Shown in pieces: positions 18,024 through 27,470 of a stretch of 64,000 bases of DNA. The stretch's first letter is position 1. Every line of letters starts with the position of its first letter. The stretch comes from Candidatus Competibacter sp. (GTDB taxonomy: Bacteria > Pseudomonadota > Gammaproteobacteria > Competibacterales > Competibacteraceae). The translations under genes were made by a program, and so were the position numbers. A model generated the notes under the pieces. It ran no database searches. It saw only the letters and a list, made by a program, of their open reading frames with translations, and was not told the origin of the DNA. The stretch lies in contig DAOTGT010000001.1 of NCBI GenBank assembly GCA_035447285.1, positions 8,198-72,197 on the forward strand, read 5' to 3'.

Positions 18024-19388
18024 CTAGTTGACTCGCGCCAGCAGGATGATGTCGACGCGCCGGTTCAGCGCGCGGTTCTGCGGGGTGTTGTTGGGGGCTA
18101 CCGCTTCGGTATCGGCGCGGCCCTCGCTGATGAAACGGCCGGGCTTATCGCTGACGGCGGCCAGCAGTCGGACCACGCTGTCGGCGCGGGCTTTGGAAAG
18201 ATGCCAGTTGGAAGGAAATTGCAAGGTGTGGATCGGAACGCTGTCCGAATGGCCGGTGACCAGCACCCGGCCCTGGACGGTGTTGAGTTCCTTGCCGATC
18301 TGCGCTAGCAGTGGCAGAAAGGCCGGTTTGACGTTGGCGCTGCCCGAGTCGAACAGGCCGTCGCCGCGGATACGGACCGTGGTCTTGTCGGCATCTTCGA
18401 GGACATCGACCAAGCCCTGCCGAATCTGGGGATCGAGAAAAGTGCGCAAGTCGCGCGATACCCGGTTGAGATCGTTGAGAACCTGCGGTTTTGGCGTCGC
18501 GGGCGCCGCCGTCGCGCCGCCACGGCGGACCATGGCCACGGTATCCCCGCGAATGCCGCCGAGCGCGGTCAGCACCGGGTCGGAGGCACTGTTCAGCAGC
18601 CAGTTGAACAGCGCGTAGGCGATCAGCAGCAGAGCGGCCGCCACCGCCGCCACCACCCATAACGGCACGTAGCGGATCAGCGGGTTGTGCTGGTTGAGGA
18701 CGCCGCGCCAGTGTGGAGACAGTTCCCGCTCGAATTCGCCGTGGGCGGTGCGGATGGCGTTGTAGGTGCGCTCCCGTTGTTCGTCCAGTCGACTGCGGCC
18801 GTTATCCAACAGCCGGTAGCGGCCCTGAAAACCGAAGGCCAGGCACAGATACATCAGTTCCAGCAGGTGGAGGTGCTTGCGCGGGTCGGGAAGGATGGCG
18901 TCCAGCAGCTCGAAGAATTTTTCGCCACCCCAGGTTTCGTTGTGAAAGGTGATCAGCAGGCTGCTCTCGCTCCATTCGCTGGCCCGGCCCCAGGGCGTGT
19001 TCAGCACTACCTCGTCCAGTGTGGTGCACAGCACATAGCGAGCCCGGAACACGGTCTTTTCGTGGACGCCGGCATTGCGGGCGCTGACGGTAAACGCTTT
19101 CAGTTCTTCGATCATACGTAGTCGTAAGCGCTCGGGGTCGGGATGCGAGTGAGTGTTTTTCAGGCGCATAATCAGGCTGAGCAGCGGAGCGGCGGCGGCT
19201 TCCAGCGGATTCAGGCCGACGCCGGCCGACACCGGGGCGGATTCGGCCGCTGCCGGGCCGGATGGGCGGGGTGGCGGGAGGGGTGGGGATGACGAGGGTG
19301 GGCTGGCACGCCGGCCGCCTGGCGCCGGCCGAATGATGGTGCGGTCGCCTTCGTCGCCGTCGGCGGCAAACGGATCGTCGATGGTCAC
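18024..19388 (-). CDS. tssL: T6SS TssL (DotU) fused to a C-terminal OmpA/MotB peptidoglycan-binding domain
   Basis: 454 aa. A DotU core (YVLCTTLDEVVLNTPWG...LELMYLCLAFGFQGRYR) is followed by a TM helix, then an OmpA-like end (GHSDSVP...NWHLSKARADSV...NRALNRRVDI). Confidence 0.93.
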   Translation of the reverse strand: MTIDDPFAADGDEGDRTIIRPAPGGRRASPPSSSPPLPPPRPSGPAAAESAPVSAGVGLNPLEAAAAPLLSLIMRLKNTHSHPDPERLRLRMIEELKAFTVSARNAGVHEKTVFRARYVLCTTLDEVVLNTPWGRASEWSESSLLITFHNETWGGEKFFELLDAILPDPRKHLHLLELMYLCLAFGFQGRYRLLDNGRSRLDEQRERTYNAIRTAHGEFERELSPHWRGVLNQHNPLIRYVPLWVVAAVAAALLLIAYALFNWLLNSASDPVLTALGGIRGDTVAMVRRGGATAAPATPKPQVLNDLNRVSRDLRTFLDPQIRQGLVDVLEDADKTTVRIRGDGLFDSGSANVKPAFLPLLAQIGKELNTVQGRVLVTGHSDSVPIHTLQFPSNWHLSKARADSVVRLLAAVSDKPGRFISEGRADTEAVAPNNTPQNRALNRRVDIILLARVN

Positions 19389-20758
19389 TGTTCGGTACTC
19401 GCTGACTCTTTAATGGCCCAGAACGCCATGTCCAAGCCCGGGAACTCGCCGCCGACATGGAAAGCGAAGCCGCCCGAGGTGAGCACTTGTTTCCAGAATT
19501 CGCTGCTGCGGTCGAGCCGGAAATAGATGAAATCGGCCTGATAGGGAATCTCGCGCGGCGCGACCGGCAGCGCGCTGACCCCAATGCCGGGCAAGTGGTG
19601 ATTGACGAACTGCGCGATGCGCTCGACCGGGCCGATCTTGACCTGAGTCGGGAACCGGGCGCGCAGCAGGTCGGTCGCCATGTCGGCGCGGACCGCCAAG
19701 ATGAAGGTGGCCTTGGTCAGCAGCGGGCGTTCGCGGTCGGTGATGATGGCCACCCGGATGCCGTACTGGCGTTCTTCGATCGGAATGCGGATGGCCGCCT
19801 GTTCCTCGACCAGGCTGAGCGAGCGGCGCAGCTCGCCAATCAGGGTGCCGAAGGTTTTTTGCAGGTCGTCATGGTCGTAGGCGGGGAATGACGGTGGCCG
19901 GCGCTTGGTTTTGCCGGTGAAGGTGGACATTTCACCGGCCAGTTGCAGGGCGATCTGGTAGAACGCTTCCGGATGCAGCCCTTGCATGGACGTCAGATGA
20001 GCGAACAACGGTTCGAAGCGGTTGACGGTCTGTAGGCGCAGGAACTGGGCGATGTCCACGCCCGCGCCGCGCGAGGTGCCCGCGCCTGCCACCCGTTCGG
20101 CCAGGGCGTCGCCGCGCTGGTGCAGCAGCCCGAGCACTTCGGTGGCGAAGCCGAGCAGCACCGGTACGCCGCGGCAATCCAGGCAGGGCGGCAGGTAGCC
20201 GGGGTCCAGCACCACCGTCTGATCGGGGCGCTTTTCCTGCACCCGGGCGATGCCGATGCAGGTATGCTCGCTGGAGTCGCGGGTGTCGAGGAACAACCGT
20301 AGCCGGCGCTCGCCGGTTTCGACGAAGGCGCTGTTGTTGGCGGTGTCGACGTTGTTGTCCCGTACCTCGCGGGCCACGGCCCGGTAGCGGGTGGCGGTGT
20401 CCTGTTGCTGTTCGCCGCGTTCCACGTCGGCCATGCCGGTCCGCCGCAGCGGCAGAGCCAGCATGACCCGGGTATCGCGCACGTCAGCGTCGATCGTCAA
20501 CGGCGCGGGTGGCGGATCGTGGTCGGGAATGCTGAACGGCGTGCCGTCAGGCAATAGACCGGAGGCGGTGGTGATGGCGATTTTGCCCAGGGCCAGCGCC
20601 TCCCGATCCAGGGCCAGCTCGGCGACGCCCCAGTCGTAAGGGCGCAGATGGCGGCAGGATTGCCGGACCAGGGCTTCGAGATAGCGGTCCTGTTGTTGGA
20701 AGTGCTGGGGGCGTAGGAACATCCCCTCGGACCACACAACTTTACTGTACCAACTCAT
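19385..20758 (-). CDS. tssK: T6SS baseplate protein TssK
   Basis: 457 aa. The N-terminus MSWYSKVVWSEGMFLRPQHFQQQDRY is the canonical TssK start. A 4-nt overlap couples it to tssL. Confidence 0.95.
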   Translation of the reverse strand: MSWYSKVVWSEGMFLRPQHFQQQDRYLEALVRQSCRHLRPYDWGVAELALDREALALGKIAITTASGLLPDGTPFSIPDHDPPPAPLTIDADVRDTRVMLALPLRRTGMADVERGEQQQDTATRYRAVAREVRDNNVDTANNSAFVETGERRLRLFLDTRDSSEHTCIGIARVQEKRPDQTVVLDPGYLPPCLDCRGVPVLLGFATEVLGLLHQRGDALAERVAGAGTSRGAGVDIAQFLRLQTVNRFEPLFAHLTSMQGLHPEAFYQIALQLAGEMSTFTGKTKRRPPSFPAYDHDDLQKTFGTLIGELRRSLSLVEEQAAIRIPIEERQYGIRVAIITDRERPLLTKATFILAVRADMATDLLRARFPTQVKIGPVERIAQFVNHHLPGIGVSALPVAPREIPYQADFIYFRLDRSSEFWKQVLTSGGFAFHVGGEFPGLDMAFWAIKESASTEQ

Positions 20759-20869
20759 GGCGGAATCGCTCGTTGTATCGTTTCATTGAGAGTGGGGGGC
20801 GTCGTTTTTTCTAAAGCCTAGCATTCAAACCGCGCAACGACAGCGGCGGTCGGATCGGGAACGTGAAGA

Positions 20870-22522
20870 TCAGCGTTCACCCAACCGTTCTTCGTAAGCG
20901 CGGGCGAATTCGCCACCAAACAGTTCGTTGAAGTCGTCCTCGGCCTCCCGGGCAATGATCTGGTATTCGGTGGTGAACAGGTCCCAGTATTTAGCCTTGC
21001 GGTTGCCCGGCCAGATGTTGTCGAGCACGCTCTGTTCAAGCCGGGTTTCCAGGTTGCCCGGATCGAACCGTTCGAGCAGGCGGGTCAGGGCTGCCTGAAT
21101 CCCGGCCATGACCGCCAATTGGTGAGCCTTGATGTCGTTGAAGCCCTCGCGCACCGCCTGCACAGGCGACATGTAGGCATCTTTCTGTCGGATCAACAAC
21201 AGAGTCATCACCTGTTCGGGGCTGAGTGGTGGTTGGCCCGGCGAGGTCTTGAGAGGATTGTTTTCGACGGGACCGATGGTGGTGCGATGCAAGCGGAACT
21301 CCCCTTTGACATCGCCACGGGCGAGCAGAACTTCCACCAGGCCCTGCACGGTTTCGCGGAAGATCTCGCCCAGGGTGCGCATGCACTCGGGCAGTTGTTC
21401 GGCCGTCAGTTTCAAATGCGACAGGCCAGCGCCCTCCAGAAAGGCCCGAATCAGGACATCGGCGTCCGGCCCGGTCGGTTGAACGGTGGGGCGGAGTTCG
21501 GGCTGCGCTGGCTGTGCGGGGGGTTGCACTGGCGGCGGCGCGGGTATTTTTTCCGGGACGGGCCGGCGGGGTTCGGGCGGCGGCGCGCTCGGTGGTTGCG
21601 GCACGGGTTGGGCGGCGGGGGAAGGTGTCGACCACCAGTCTTCCGGGATCAGCGGTTCGGCGCTTTCCCCTGGACCTTCGCTGGCCACCGGCGGTATTTC
21701 TGGCGGCGCTTCCGGTGGCGGTTCGAGGACATCGGGAAACGGTTGGGCTGGGGGCTCCAGCTCAGCCCGTGCCACGGGCGGTTCGTCGATTGGCGCCAGT
21801 CCGGGTTCGAACGGTGGGGGCGTTGTTTCTGGAATCGGCGCGGCGACGGGCGGTGCTGGCGGTGTTTCGGGGATCAGCCTCGGCGGTTCGAAGGACGCTC
21901 GTTCCGGTTCCATCAAATCGGAAGGTGGCTCGGTGACCACCGCCTCCTTGCCCGGTTTCCCCGGCGCTTGGCGTAGGCCCAGGCCGTCCCTGCCCTCGGC
22001 CATGATGTCGCCGAAGGACGGTTTGATCATGCTATCGGGGTCGCCGCCCAATTCCGCGGTGCCGGAGGCGGGCATCAGGTCTGCAATCGGCACGGCTTCG
22101 GTGATCGGCCCTTCCGGTTGGGCGGTTACAGGTTCGGCGGCTTCGGATAGCAAGGCGACCGCGATTTCGTACTCGCCCAGCACAAAATGGTCGCCGTCTT
22201 TCAGCCTGACCATCTGGTTGCGGCCGACGCGCTGTTCGGAATCGTTGAGATAGACGCCGTTGGTGCTGGTGTCGGTCAGGAAATAACCGCCATCCTGATA
22301 GTGGAGGGTGCAATGCCGGCCGGATAGGATGCGCTCCGGGTCTTGCAGGACCCAGTCGCTTTGCGCCGCCCGGCCGATGCTGATCGACCCGCGGTCGAGC
22401 GTTTTGGTGGTTTCCTGACCGGGAGAGAGCCGCTGAAAGCTGGTGATGGTCAATCGCAAGGGCATAACGCAATTTCCGTTGGCAGGGAGGTCCGCTTGGG
22501 TCATTTGGGCGGAGTTCATCAA
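20870..22522 (-). CDS. tagH: FHA-domain T6SS protein TagH (Fha)
   Basis: An N-terminal FHA domain (ISIGRAAQSDWVLQDPERILSGRHCTLHYQDGGYFLTDTSTNGVYLN) is followed by a long Pro-rich linker and a C-terminal ImpI/VasC-type domain. The start may be the internal ATG at 22465 (MPLRLTITSF). Confidence 0.9.
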   Translation of the reverse strand: MMNSAQMTQADLPANGNCVMPLRLTITSFQRLSPGQETTKTLDRGSISIGRAAQSDWVLQDPERILSGRHCTLHYQDGGYFLTDTSTNGVYLNDSEQRVGRNQMVRLKDGDHFVLGEYEIAVALLSEAAEPVTAQPEGPITEAVPIADLMPASGTAELGGDPDSMIKPSFGDIMAEGRDGLGLRQAPGKPGKEAVVTEPPSDLMEPERASFEPPRLIPETPPAPPVAAPIPETTPPPFEPGLAPIDEPPVARAELEPPAQPFPDVLEPPPEAPPEIPPVASEGPGESAEPLIPEDWWSTPSPAAQPVPQPPSAPPPEPRRPVPEKIPAPPPVQPPAQPAQPELRPTVQPTGPDADVLIRAFLEGAGLSHLKLTAEQLPECMRTLGEIFRETVQGLVEVLLARGDVKGEFRLHRTTIGPVENNPLKTSPGQPPLSPEQVMTLLLIRQKDAYMSPVQAVREGFNDIKAHQLAVMAGIQAALTRLLERFDPGNLETRLEQSVLDNIWPGNRKAKYWDLFTTEYQIIAREAEDDFNELFGGEFARAYEERLGER

Positions 22523-22627
22523 ACCAATCGCATAAGCTCATTAGATTTCAGTCTATACCGCCCGGGGTAATCGCGCCAAGCAGGGCTATACTTGAAAATC
22601 GACAATCGATGTAGAGGCGCACGACCG

Positions 22628-23695
22628 ATGAGTGTGATCGAACTCGAAGCATTGCTGAGCGATGTTGCCGCCGATACGCCGTGCGGCGAGGATCTCGAAT
22701 ACGACCCCTTATTCGCCGAGATGGAAAAACTGGCGCAGGAAACACCCGAGCGTCAGTACGGCGACACCATTATTCCGGCCGAGCCGCCCGACTGGCGCGG
22801 CGTCAAGAAAGCCGCCCTAACCCTACTGGAGCGTACCCGAGATCTACGGGTGGCGGTCTATCTGGCCCGAGCTTTGTTGCAGGGCGATGGCTTTCCAGGT
22901 TTCGCCGAGGGCCTGGCCCTAGTGGAGGGTCTGATAGAGCGTTACTGGGATGGCGTTTATCCGTTGCTCGACCCGGACGACGACAACGATCCGACCCTGC
23001 GGATCAACACCATCGTGGCGTTGTGCGATTCGGAAACCACCCTGCGCGACCTGCGGGAGACACCGCTGGTCAGTTCCCGCGCCATAGGACGGTTCAGTCT
23101 GCGCGATGTCCAGGTCGCCACGGGCGTGCTGACGCCGGTGGCGGGTGACGACGAGGAACTGCCGACCCAGAGCCGGCTCGACGCCGCGTTCCAGGATGCC
23201 GATCTGGAGGTATTGCAGGCCACCGCCGAAGCGGTCGCCGATGCCCGCGACCGGGTCGAGCGGATCGAAGCGACGCTGACCGATCAGGTTGGGGTGACTC
23301 AGGCACCGGACATGAGCGACCTGACCGGGGTGCTGAAGGAGGTCCGGCAGGTATTGACGGAGCAACTGCAGCGGCGCGGTGTGAGCGCGACCGGCGAGAC
23401 CGAGGGGCAGGGCGAGTCGGAGGACGGCGCGTCATCTGGCGTCGCGGCGACGGGGCAACGCTTGGTGGTGGGCGATATCGCCAGCCGCGAAGACGTGATT
23501 CGCATGTTGGATAAGATTTGCGACTACTTCTCTCGCTACGAACCCTCCAGCCCCGTACCCTTTTTGCTAAAACGTGCTAAGAATTTAGTCACGAAGGACT
23601 TCATGGAGATCATGCTTGATCTTGCACCGGGAGGGACCGAGCAGGCCAACCTGATTTTCGGTCTGCAGAGCGAAAGTTCCAGCGAATACGGCTGA
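22628..23695 (+). CDS. tssA: T6SS protein TssA (ImpA N-terminal family, short form)
   Basis: MSVIELEALLSDVAADTPCGEDLEYDPLF...RDLRVAVYLARALLQ is the ImpA_N signature. A GAGG RBS precedes the ATG at 22628. Listed ORF 22592 is over-extended by 12 codons. Confidence 0.9.
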   Translation: MSVIELEALLSDVAADTPCGEDLEYDPLFAEMEKLAQETPERQYGDTIIPAEPPDWRGVKKAALTLLERTRDLRVAVYLARALLQGDGFPGFAEGLALVEGLIERYWDGVYPLLDPDDDNDPTLRINTIVALCDSETTLRDLRETPLVSSRAIGRFSLRDVQVATGVLTPVAGDDEELPTQSRLDAAFQDADLEVLQATAEAVADARDRVERIEATLTDQVGVTQAPDMSDLTGVLKEVRQVLTEQLQRRGVSATGETEGQGESEDGASSGVAATGQRLVVGDIASREDVIRMLDKICDYFSRYEPSSPVPFLLKRAKNLVTKDFMEIMLDLAPGGTEQANLIFGLQSESSSEYG

Positions 23696-23760
23696 CGGGC
23701 CGAATCGCCGGGTAAGGCAACAGATCACACGTTTCCGAATTCCAGAGAGGTAATTTTCCA

Positions 23761-24279
23761 ATGGCGATGAGCAGCCAGAAATTTATCGCCCGTAACCGGG
23801 CTCCGCGTGTACAGATCGAGTACGACGTTGAGGTGTACGGCTCGCAGAAAAAGGTGCAGCTGCCGTTCGTAATGGGCGTGATGGCCGACCTGTCCGGTAA
23901 GCCGGTCGATCCACTGGCGCCAGTGGCCGAACGCAAGTTTCTTGAAATCGATATCGACAATTTCGACAGCCGCATGAAAGCCATGAAGCCACGCGCGGCG
24001 TTTCGGGTTCCCAACTCGCTCACCGGCGAAGGTGAGTTGAGCGTGGATCTGACCTTCGAGAGCATGGACGATTTCTCTCCGGCCGCCGTGGCGCGCAAGG
24101 TCGATGCCTTGAACCAGTTGCTGCAGGCGCGCGAGCAACTTACCAATCTGATGACCTATATGGACGGCAAGACCGGCGCCGAGGATTTGATCGCCAAGGT
24201 GCTGAACGATCCGACCCTGCTGCAAGCTCTGGCGTCCGCGCCCAAACCCGAGGGCGAAGCGCCCGCCGCCGAGGAGTGA
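23761..24279 (+). CDS. tssB: T6SS sheath small subunit TssB (VipA)
   Basis: 172 aa. PRVQIEYDVEVYGSQKKVQLPFVMGVMADLSGK is a canonical TssB block. Confidence 0.97.
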   Translation: MAMSSQKFIARNRAPRVQIEYDVEVYGSQKKVQLPFVMGVMADLSGKPVDPLAPVAERKFLEIDIDNFDSRMKAMKPRAAFRVPNSLTGEGELSVDLTFESMDDFSPAAVARKVDALNQLLQAREQLTNLMTYMDGKTGAEDLIAKVLNDPTLLQALASAPKPEGEAPAAEE

Positions 24280-24285
24280 TGAACC

Positions 24286-25788
24286 ATGGCCGAAACCGAC
24301 ACGAACGCACAGGCCCAGCCCGAAGCCCAAACCGAAACGGTGGAAGCCAGCGAGTTTGGCTCGCTGTTGCAGCGGGAATTCAAGCCTAAATCCGATCAGG
24401 CCAAGCAGGCGGTCGAGAATGCCGTCCACACCTTGGCCGAGCAAGCCTTGCAGCATACGACGCTGATTTCCAAGGACGTGCTCAAGTCCATTGAGTCGAT
24501 GATCGCCGCCATCGACCACAAGCTGAGCGAACAGATCAATCTGATCATGCACCATCCGGAATTCCAGCAACTGGAGGGGGCTTGGCGTGGGCTGAATTAT
24601 CTGGTCTACAACACCGAAACCGACGAAATGTTGAAGATTCGGGTGATGAACATCTCCAAGAAGGAACTAGCAAAAAATCTTAAGAAATTCAAAGGAGTGG
24701 CCTGGGATCAAAGCCCGCTGTTCAAGAAGGTCTACGAAGAAGAGTACGGCCAGTTCGGCGGCGAGCCGTTCGGTTGCCTGGTGGGCGACTACTACTTCGA
24801 CCATAGCCCGCCGGATGTCGAATTGTTGCGGGGAATGTCGCAGATCGCCGCTGCTTCTCACACGCCGTTCATCGCCGCCGCCGCGCCCACGGCCATGCAG
24901 ATGGACTCCTGGCAGGAGTTGAGCAATCCACGCGATCTCACCAAAATCTTCCAGACGCCGGAATATGCCGCTTGGCGGTCGCTGCGCGAATCGGAGGATT
25001 CCCGTTACATTGGTTTGGCCATGCCGCGGTTTCTGGCGCGCCAGCCCTACGGGGCCAAGTCCGACCCAGTCGAGGAGTTCGATTTCGAGGAAGATGTGGA
25101 AGGCGCCGACCACAACAAATATACCTGGGCTAATTCGGCCTATGCGATGGCCACCAACATTACCCGGGCGTTCAAGTTGTATGGCTGGTGTACCCGGATT
25201 CGCGGCATCGAATCCGGCGGCGCGGTGGAGAATCTACCGACCCATACCTTTCCGACCGACGATGGCGGTGTGGACATGAAGTGTCCCACCGAAATTGCCA
25301 TCAGCGACCGGCGCGAGGCGGAGTTGGCCAAGAACGGCTTCATGCCGCTGATCCACAAGAAAAACAGTGACTTCGCGGCTTTCATCGGTGCCCAGTCACT
25401 GCAAAAACCGTCCGAGTACGACGATCCGGATGCCACCGCCAACGCCAATCTGTCGGCCCGTCTGCCTTATCTATTCGCGGTCTGCCGGTTCGCGCACTAC
25501 CTGAAATGCATGGTGCGCGACAAGATTGGCTCGTTTAAGGAGCGCGATCAGTTGCAGCTCTGGTTGCAGGAATGGATTTACAACTATGTGGACGGCAATC
25601 CCGCCATTTCCAGCGACGAGACCAAGGCCATGAAACCCTTGGCGGCCGCCGAGGTGGTGGTGGAGGAGGTGGAAGGCAATCCAGGCTACTACACCTCGAA
25701 GTTTTTCCTGCGCCCCCACTATCAGTTGGAAGGGCTGACCGTGTCGCTACGCCTAGTGTCCAAACTGCCTTCGATCAAGGGGGGTTAG
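24286..25788 (+). CDS. tssC: T6SS sheath large subunit TssC (VipB)
   Basis: 500 aa. Blocks HHPEFQQLEGAWRGLNYLV and PFGCLVGDYYF, plus the C-terminal LTVSLRLVSKLPS. Confidence 0.97.
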   Translation: MAETDTNAQAQPEAQTETVEASEFGSLLQREFKPKSDQAKQAVENAVHTLAEQALQHTTLISKDVLKSIESMIAAIDHKLSEQINLIMHHPEFQQLEGAWRGLNYLVYNTETDEMLKIRVMNISKKELAKNLKKFKGVAWDQSPLFKKVYEEEYGQFGGEPFGCLVGDYYFDHSPPDVELLRGMSQIAAASHTPFIAAAAPTAMQMDSWQELSNPRDLTKIFQTPEYAAWRSLRESEDSRYIGLAMPRFLARQPYGAKSDPVEEFDFEEDVEGADHNKYTWANSAYAMATNITRAFKLYGWCTRIRGIESGGAVENLPTHTFPTDDGGVDMKCPTEIAISDRREAELAKNGFMPLIHKKNSDFAAFIGAQSLQKPSEYDDPDATANANLSARLPYLFAVCRFAHYLKCMVRDKIGSFKERDQLQLWLQEWIYNYVDGNPAISSDETKAMKPLAAAEVVVEEVEGNPGYYTSKFFLRPHYQLEGLTVSLRLVSKLPSIKGG

Positions 25789-25899
25789 GTCGAAAAAGCT
25801 TGAGATCTGGACGGGTCAGAATGGGCTCCAGGGGCTCGTTCTGGTCTGCTCGCAGAAAGAAAATAGAAATAAGTGTTTAAAAAGCAATGAATTGTATTT

Positions 25900-25915
25900 T
25901 GGCACACAAGGTGCA
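25900..25915 (+). promoter_or_regulatory. candidate sigma-54 (-24/-12) promoter upstream of hcp
   Basis: TGGCACACAAGGTGCA has canonical GG/GC spacing. It sits inside an AT-rich 252-nt tssC-hcp spacer, 126 nt upstream of the hcp ATG. Confidence 0.55.
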
Positions 25916-26040
25916 ATATCTAGATCGACGACGGAACTTCCAGTCTTTTACACCCAAGGTTGGGCGGAAAAGACGCCGTTGCTCGCAGGGGCGGGGTAAC
26001 CCGTCGGTAGTTTCCATACCTACATCGAGAGGATACGACC

Positions 26041-26529
26041 ATGGCTGATGCATTTTTGAAAATTGGCGACGTGAAGGGCGAGTGCAAGGACCACGAGTTC
26101 AAGGAATGGATTGAGGTGCTGAGCTGGAGCTGGGGCGCTAGCCAGATGGGTACCGCCGGGCATGGTACCGGCTTGGGCGCCAGCAAGGTACAGATGCAGG
26201 ATTTCAGCTACACCATGCACTTCTGCGCCGCTTCGCCCGAACTACTGCTGTCGTGCTGCTCGGGTCATCACTACCCCGAGGCTACCCTGGTGATGCGCAA
26301 GCCGACCGGCAAGGACGGTGGGCAGAAGAAGTTCCTGGAGTTCAAGTTCAAGGACGTGATCGTCAGCAGCTACCAGACCGGCGGCAGCGATGGTGCTGGC
26401 CTGCCGATCGAGAGCCTGTCGCTGAACTTCACCAACATGACCCAGGAGTACTTCACCCAGGATGAGAAGGGTGCGACCAAATCGGCCGGCAAGGCCGGTT
26501 GGGATGTCAAGACCAACAAGAAGGTCTGA
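26041..26529 (+). CDS. hcp: T6SS tube protein Hcp (TssD)
   Basis: 162 aa. MADAFLKIGDVKGECKDHEFKEWIEVLSWSWG is a typical Hcp N-terminus. A GAGAGGA RBS precedes the start. Confidence 0.95.
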   Translation: MADAFLKIGDVKGECKDHEFKEWIEVLSWSWGASQMGTAGHGTGLGASKVQMQDFSYTMHFCAASPELLLSCCSGHHYPEATLVMRKPTGKDGGQKKFLEFKFKDVIVSSYQTGGSDGAGLPIESLSLNFTNMTQEYFTQDEKGATKSAGKAGWDVKTNKKV

Positions 26530-26639
26530 CGCCAAGGCACATTCGTTTCGGGGCCAAGACGCGGATTCCGCGCATTCGGATATTGGTTCGGTCCGGGTGC
26601 GCGGTATTTTTCATTCCCAAGCAGCGGGACAAGCCGTTT

Positions 26640-27470
26640 ATGCAAGCCGAGCAAAGTTTACGCGAAGGCCGTTTGCAGGAAGCTCTGGCTGAATTGCAGG
26701 CACAGGTGCGCAAGGAACCCGCCAACGCCAAATACCGCATCTTTCTGTTTCAGTTGCTGGCGGTACTGGGTCAATGGGAGCGGGCATCGAACCAGTTGAA
26801 CGTGCTGGAGGAGATGGATCCCGAGTCCCTGCCGATGGTGCAGACCTACCGCGAAGCCCTCCGCTGCGAGTTGCTACGTGCCGAGGTGTTCGCCGGTCGC
26901 CGGTCGCCGCTGATCTTCGGTGACCCCGAGCCTTGGATGGCATTGTTGCTGGAGGCATTGCAATTGACCGCCGGTGGCCATCATGCCCAAGCCCAGATGG
27001 CTCGCGACCAGGCGTTCGAGGGCGCGGCGACGACGGCGGGAACGCTGGACGGCCAGCCGTTCGAATGGCTCGCCGATGCCGACCCGCGGTTGGGGCCGAT
27101 GCTGGAGGCCGTCATCAACGGTCGCTACTACTGGGTTCCATGGCAGCGGATCCGCACGCTCGCGCTCGAACAGCCCAGCGACCTACGCGACTACGTCTGG
27201 ATGCCCGCCGGCTTTACCTGGGCCAACGGCGGCGAAGCCGTGGGCCTGATTCCGTCGCGCTATCCCGGTTCACAGGCCAGCGCCGATCCACAGGTGCAAC
27301 TGGGTCGCAAGACCGAATGGCTGGAGCAGGAGAGCGGGATCTATGTGGGTATTGGCCAGCGTATGTTGGCCACCGATCAGAACGAATATCCGTTGCTCGA
27401 TATTCGACGAATCGATCTGGCCGCTCCGGAAGCCGCGCCACAGGCGACGACTGATTCCGACGATGGCTGA
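26640..27470 (+). CDS. tagJ: T6SS accessory protein TagJ (ImpE family)
   Basis: MQAEQSLREGRLQEALAELQAQVRKEPANAKYRIFLFQLLAVLGQWERA is the ImpE/TagJ TPR-like N-terminus. The position between hcp and tssE matches H1-T6SS. Listed ORF 26499 is over-extended. Confidence 0.85.
   Translation: MQAEQSLREGRLQEALAELQAQVRKEPANAKYRIFLFQLLAVLGQWERASNQLNVLEEMDPESLPMVQTYREALRCELLRAEVFAGRRSPLIFGDPEPWMALLLEALQLTAGGHHAQAQMARDQAFEGAATTAGTLDGQPFEWLADADPRLGPMLEAVINGRYYWVPWQRIRTLALEQPSDLRDYVWMPAGFTWANGGEAVGLIPSRYPGSQASADPQVQLGRKTEWLEQESGIYVGIGQRMLATDQNEYPLLDIRRIDLAAPEAAPQATTDSDDG

Noticed and set aside
20759-20869. Search for a hidden small tssJ-like ORF between tagH and tssK
   Set aside because: The spacer is only 111 nt. 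No start, lipobox or ORF can fit. Absence is reported as a finding instead.
21486-22253. A 255-aa Gly-rich plus-strand ORF
   Set aside because: It is the mirror image of the Pro-rich linker of TagH (CCN codons read as GGN). It is not an independent gene.
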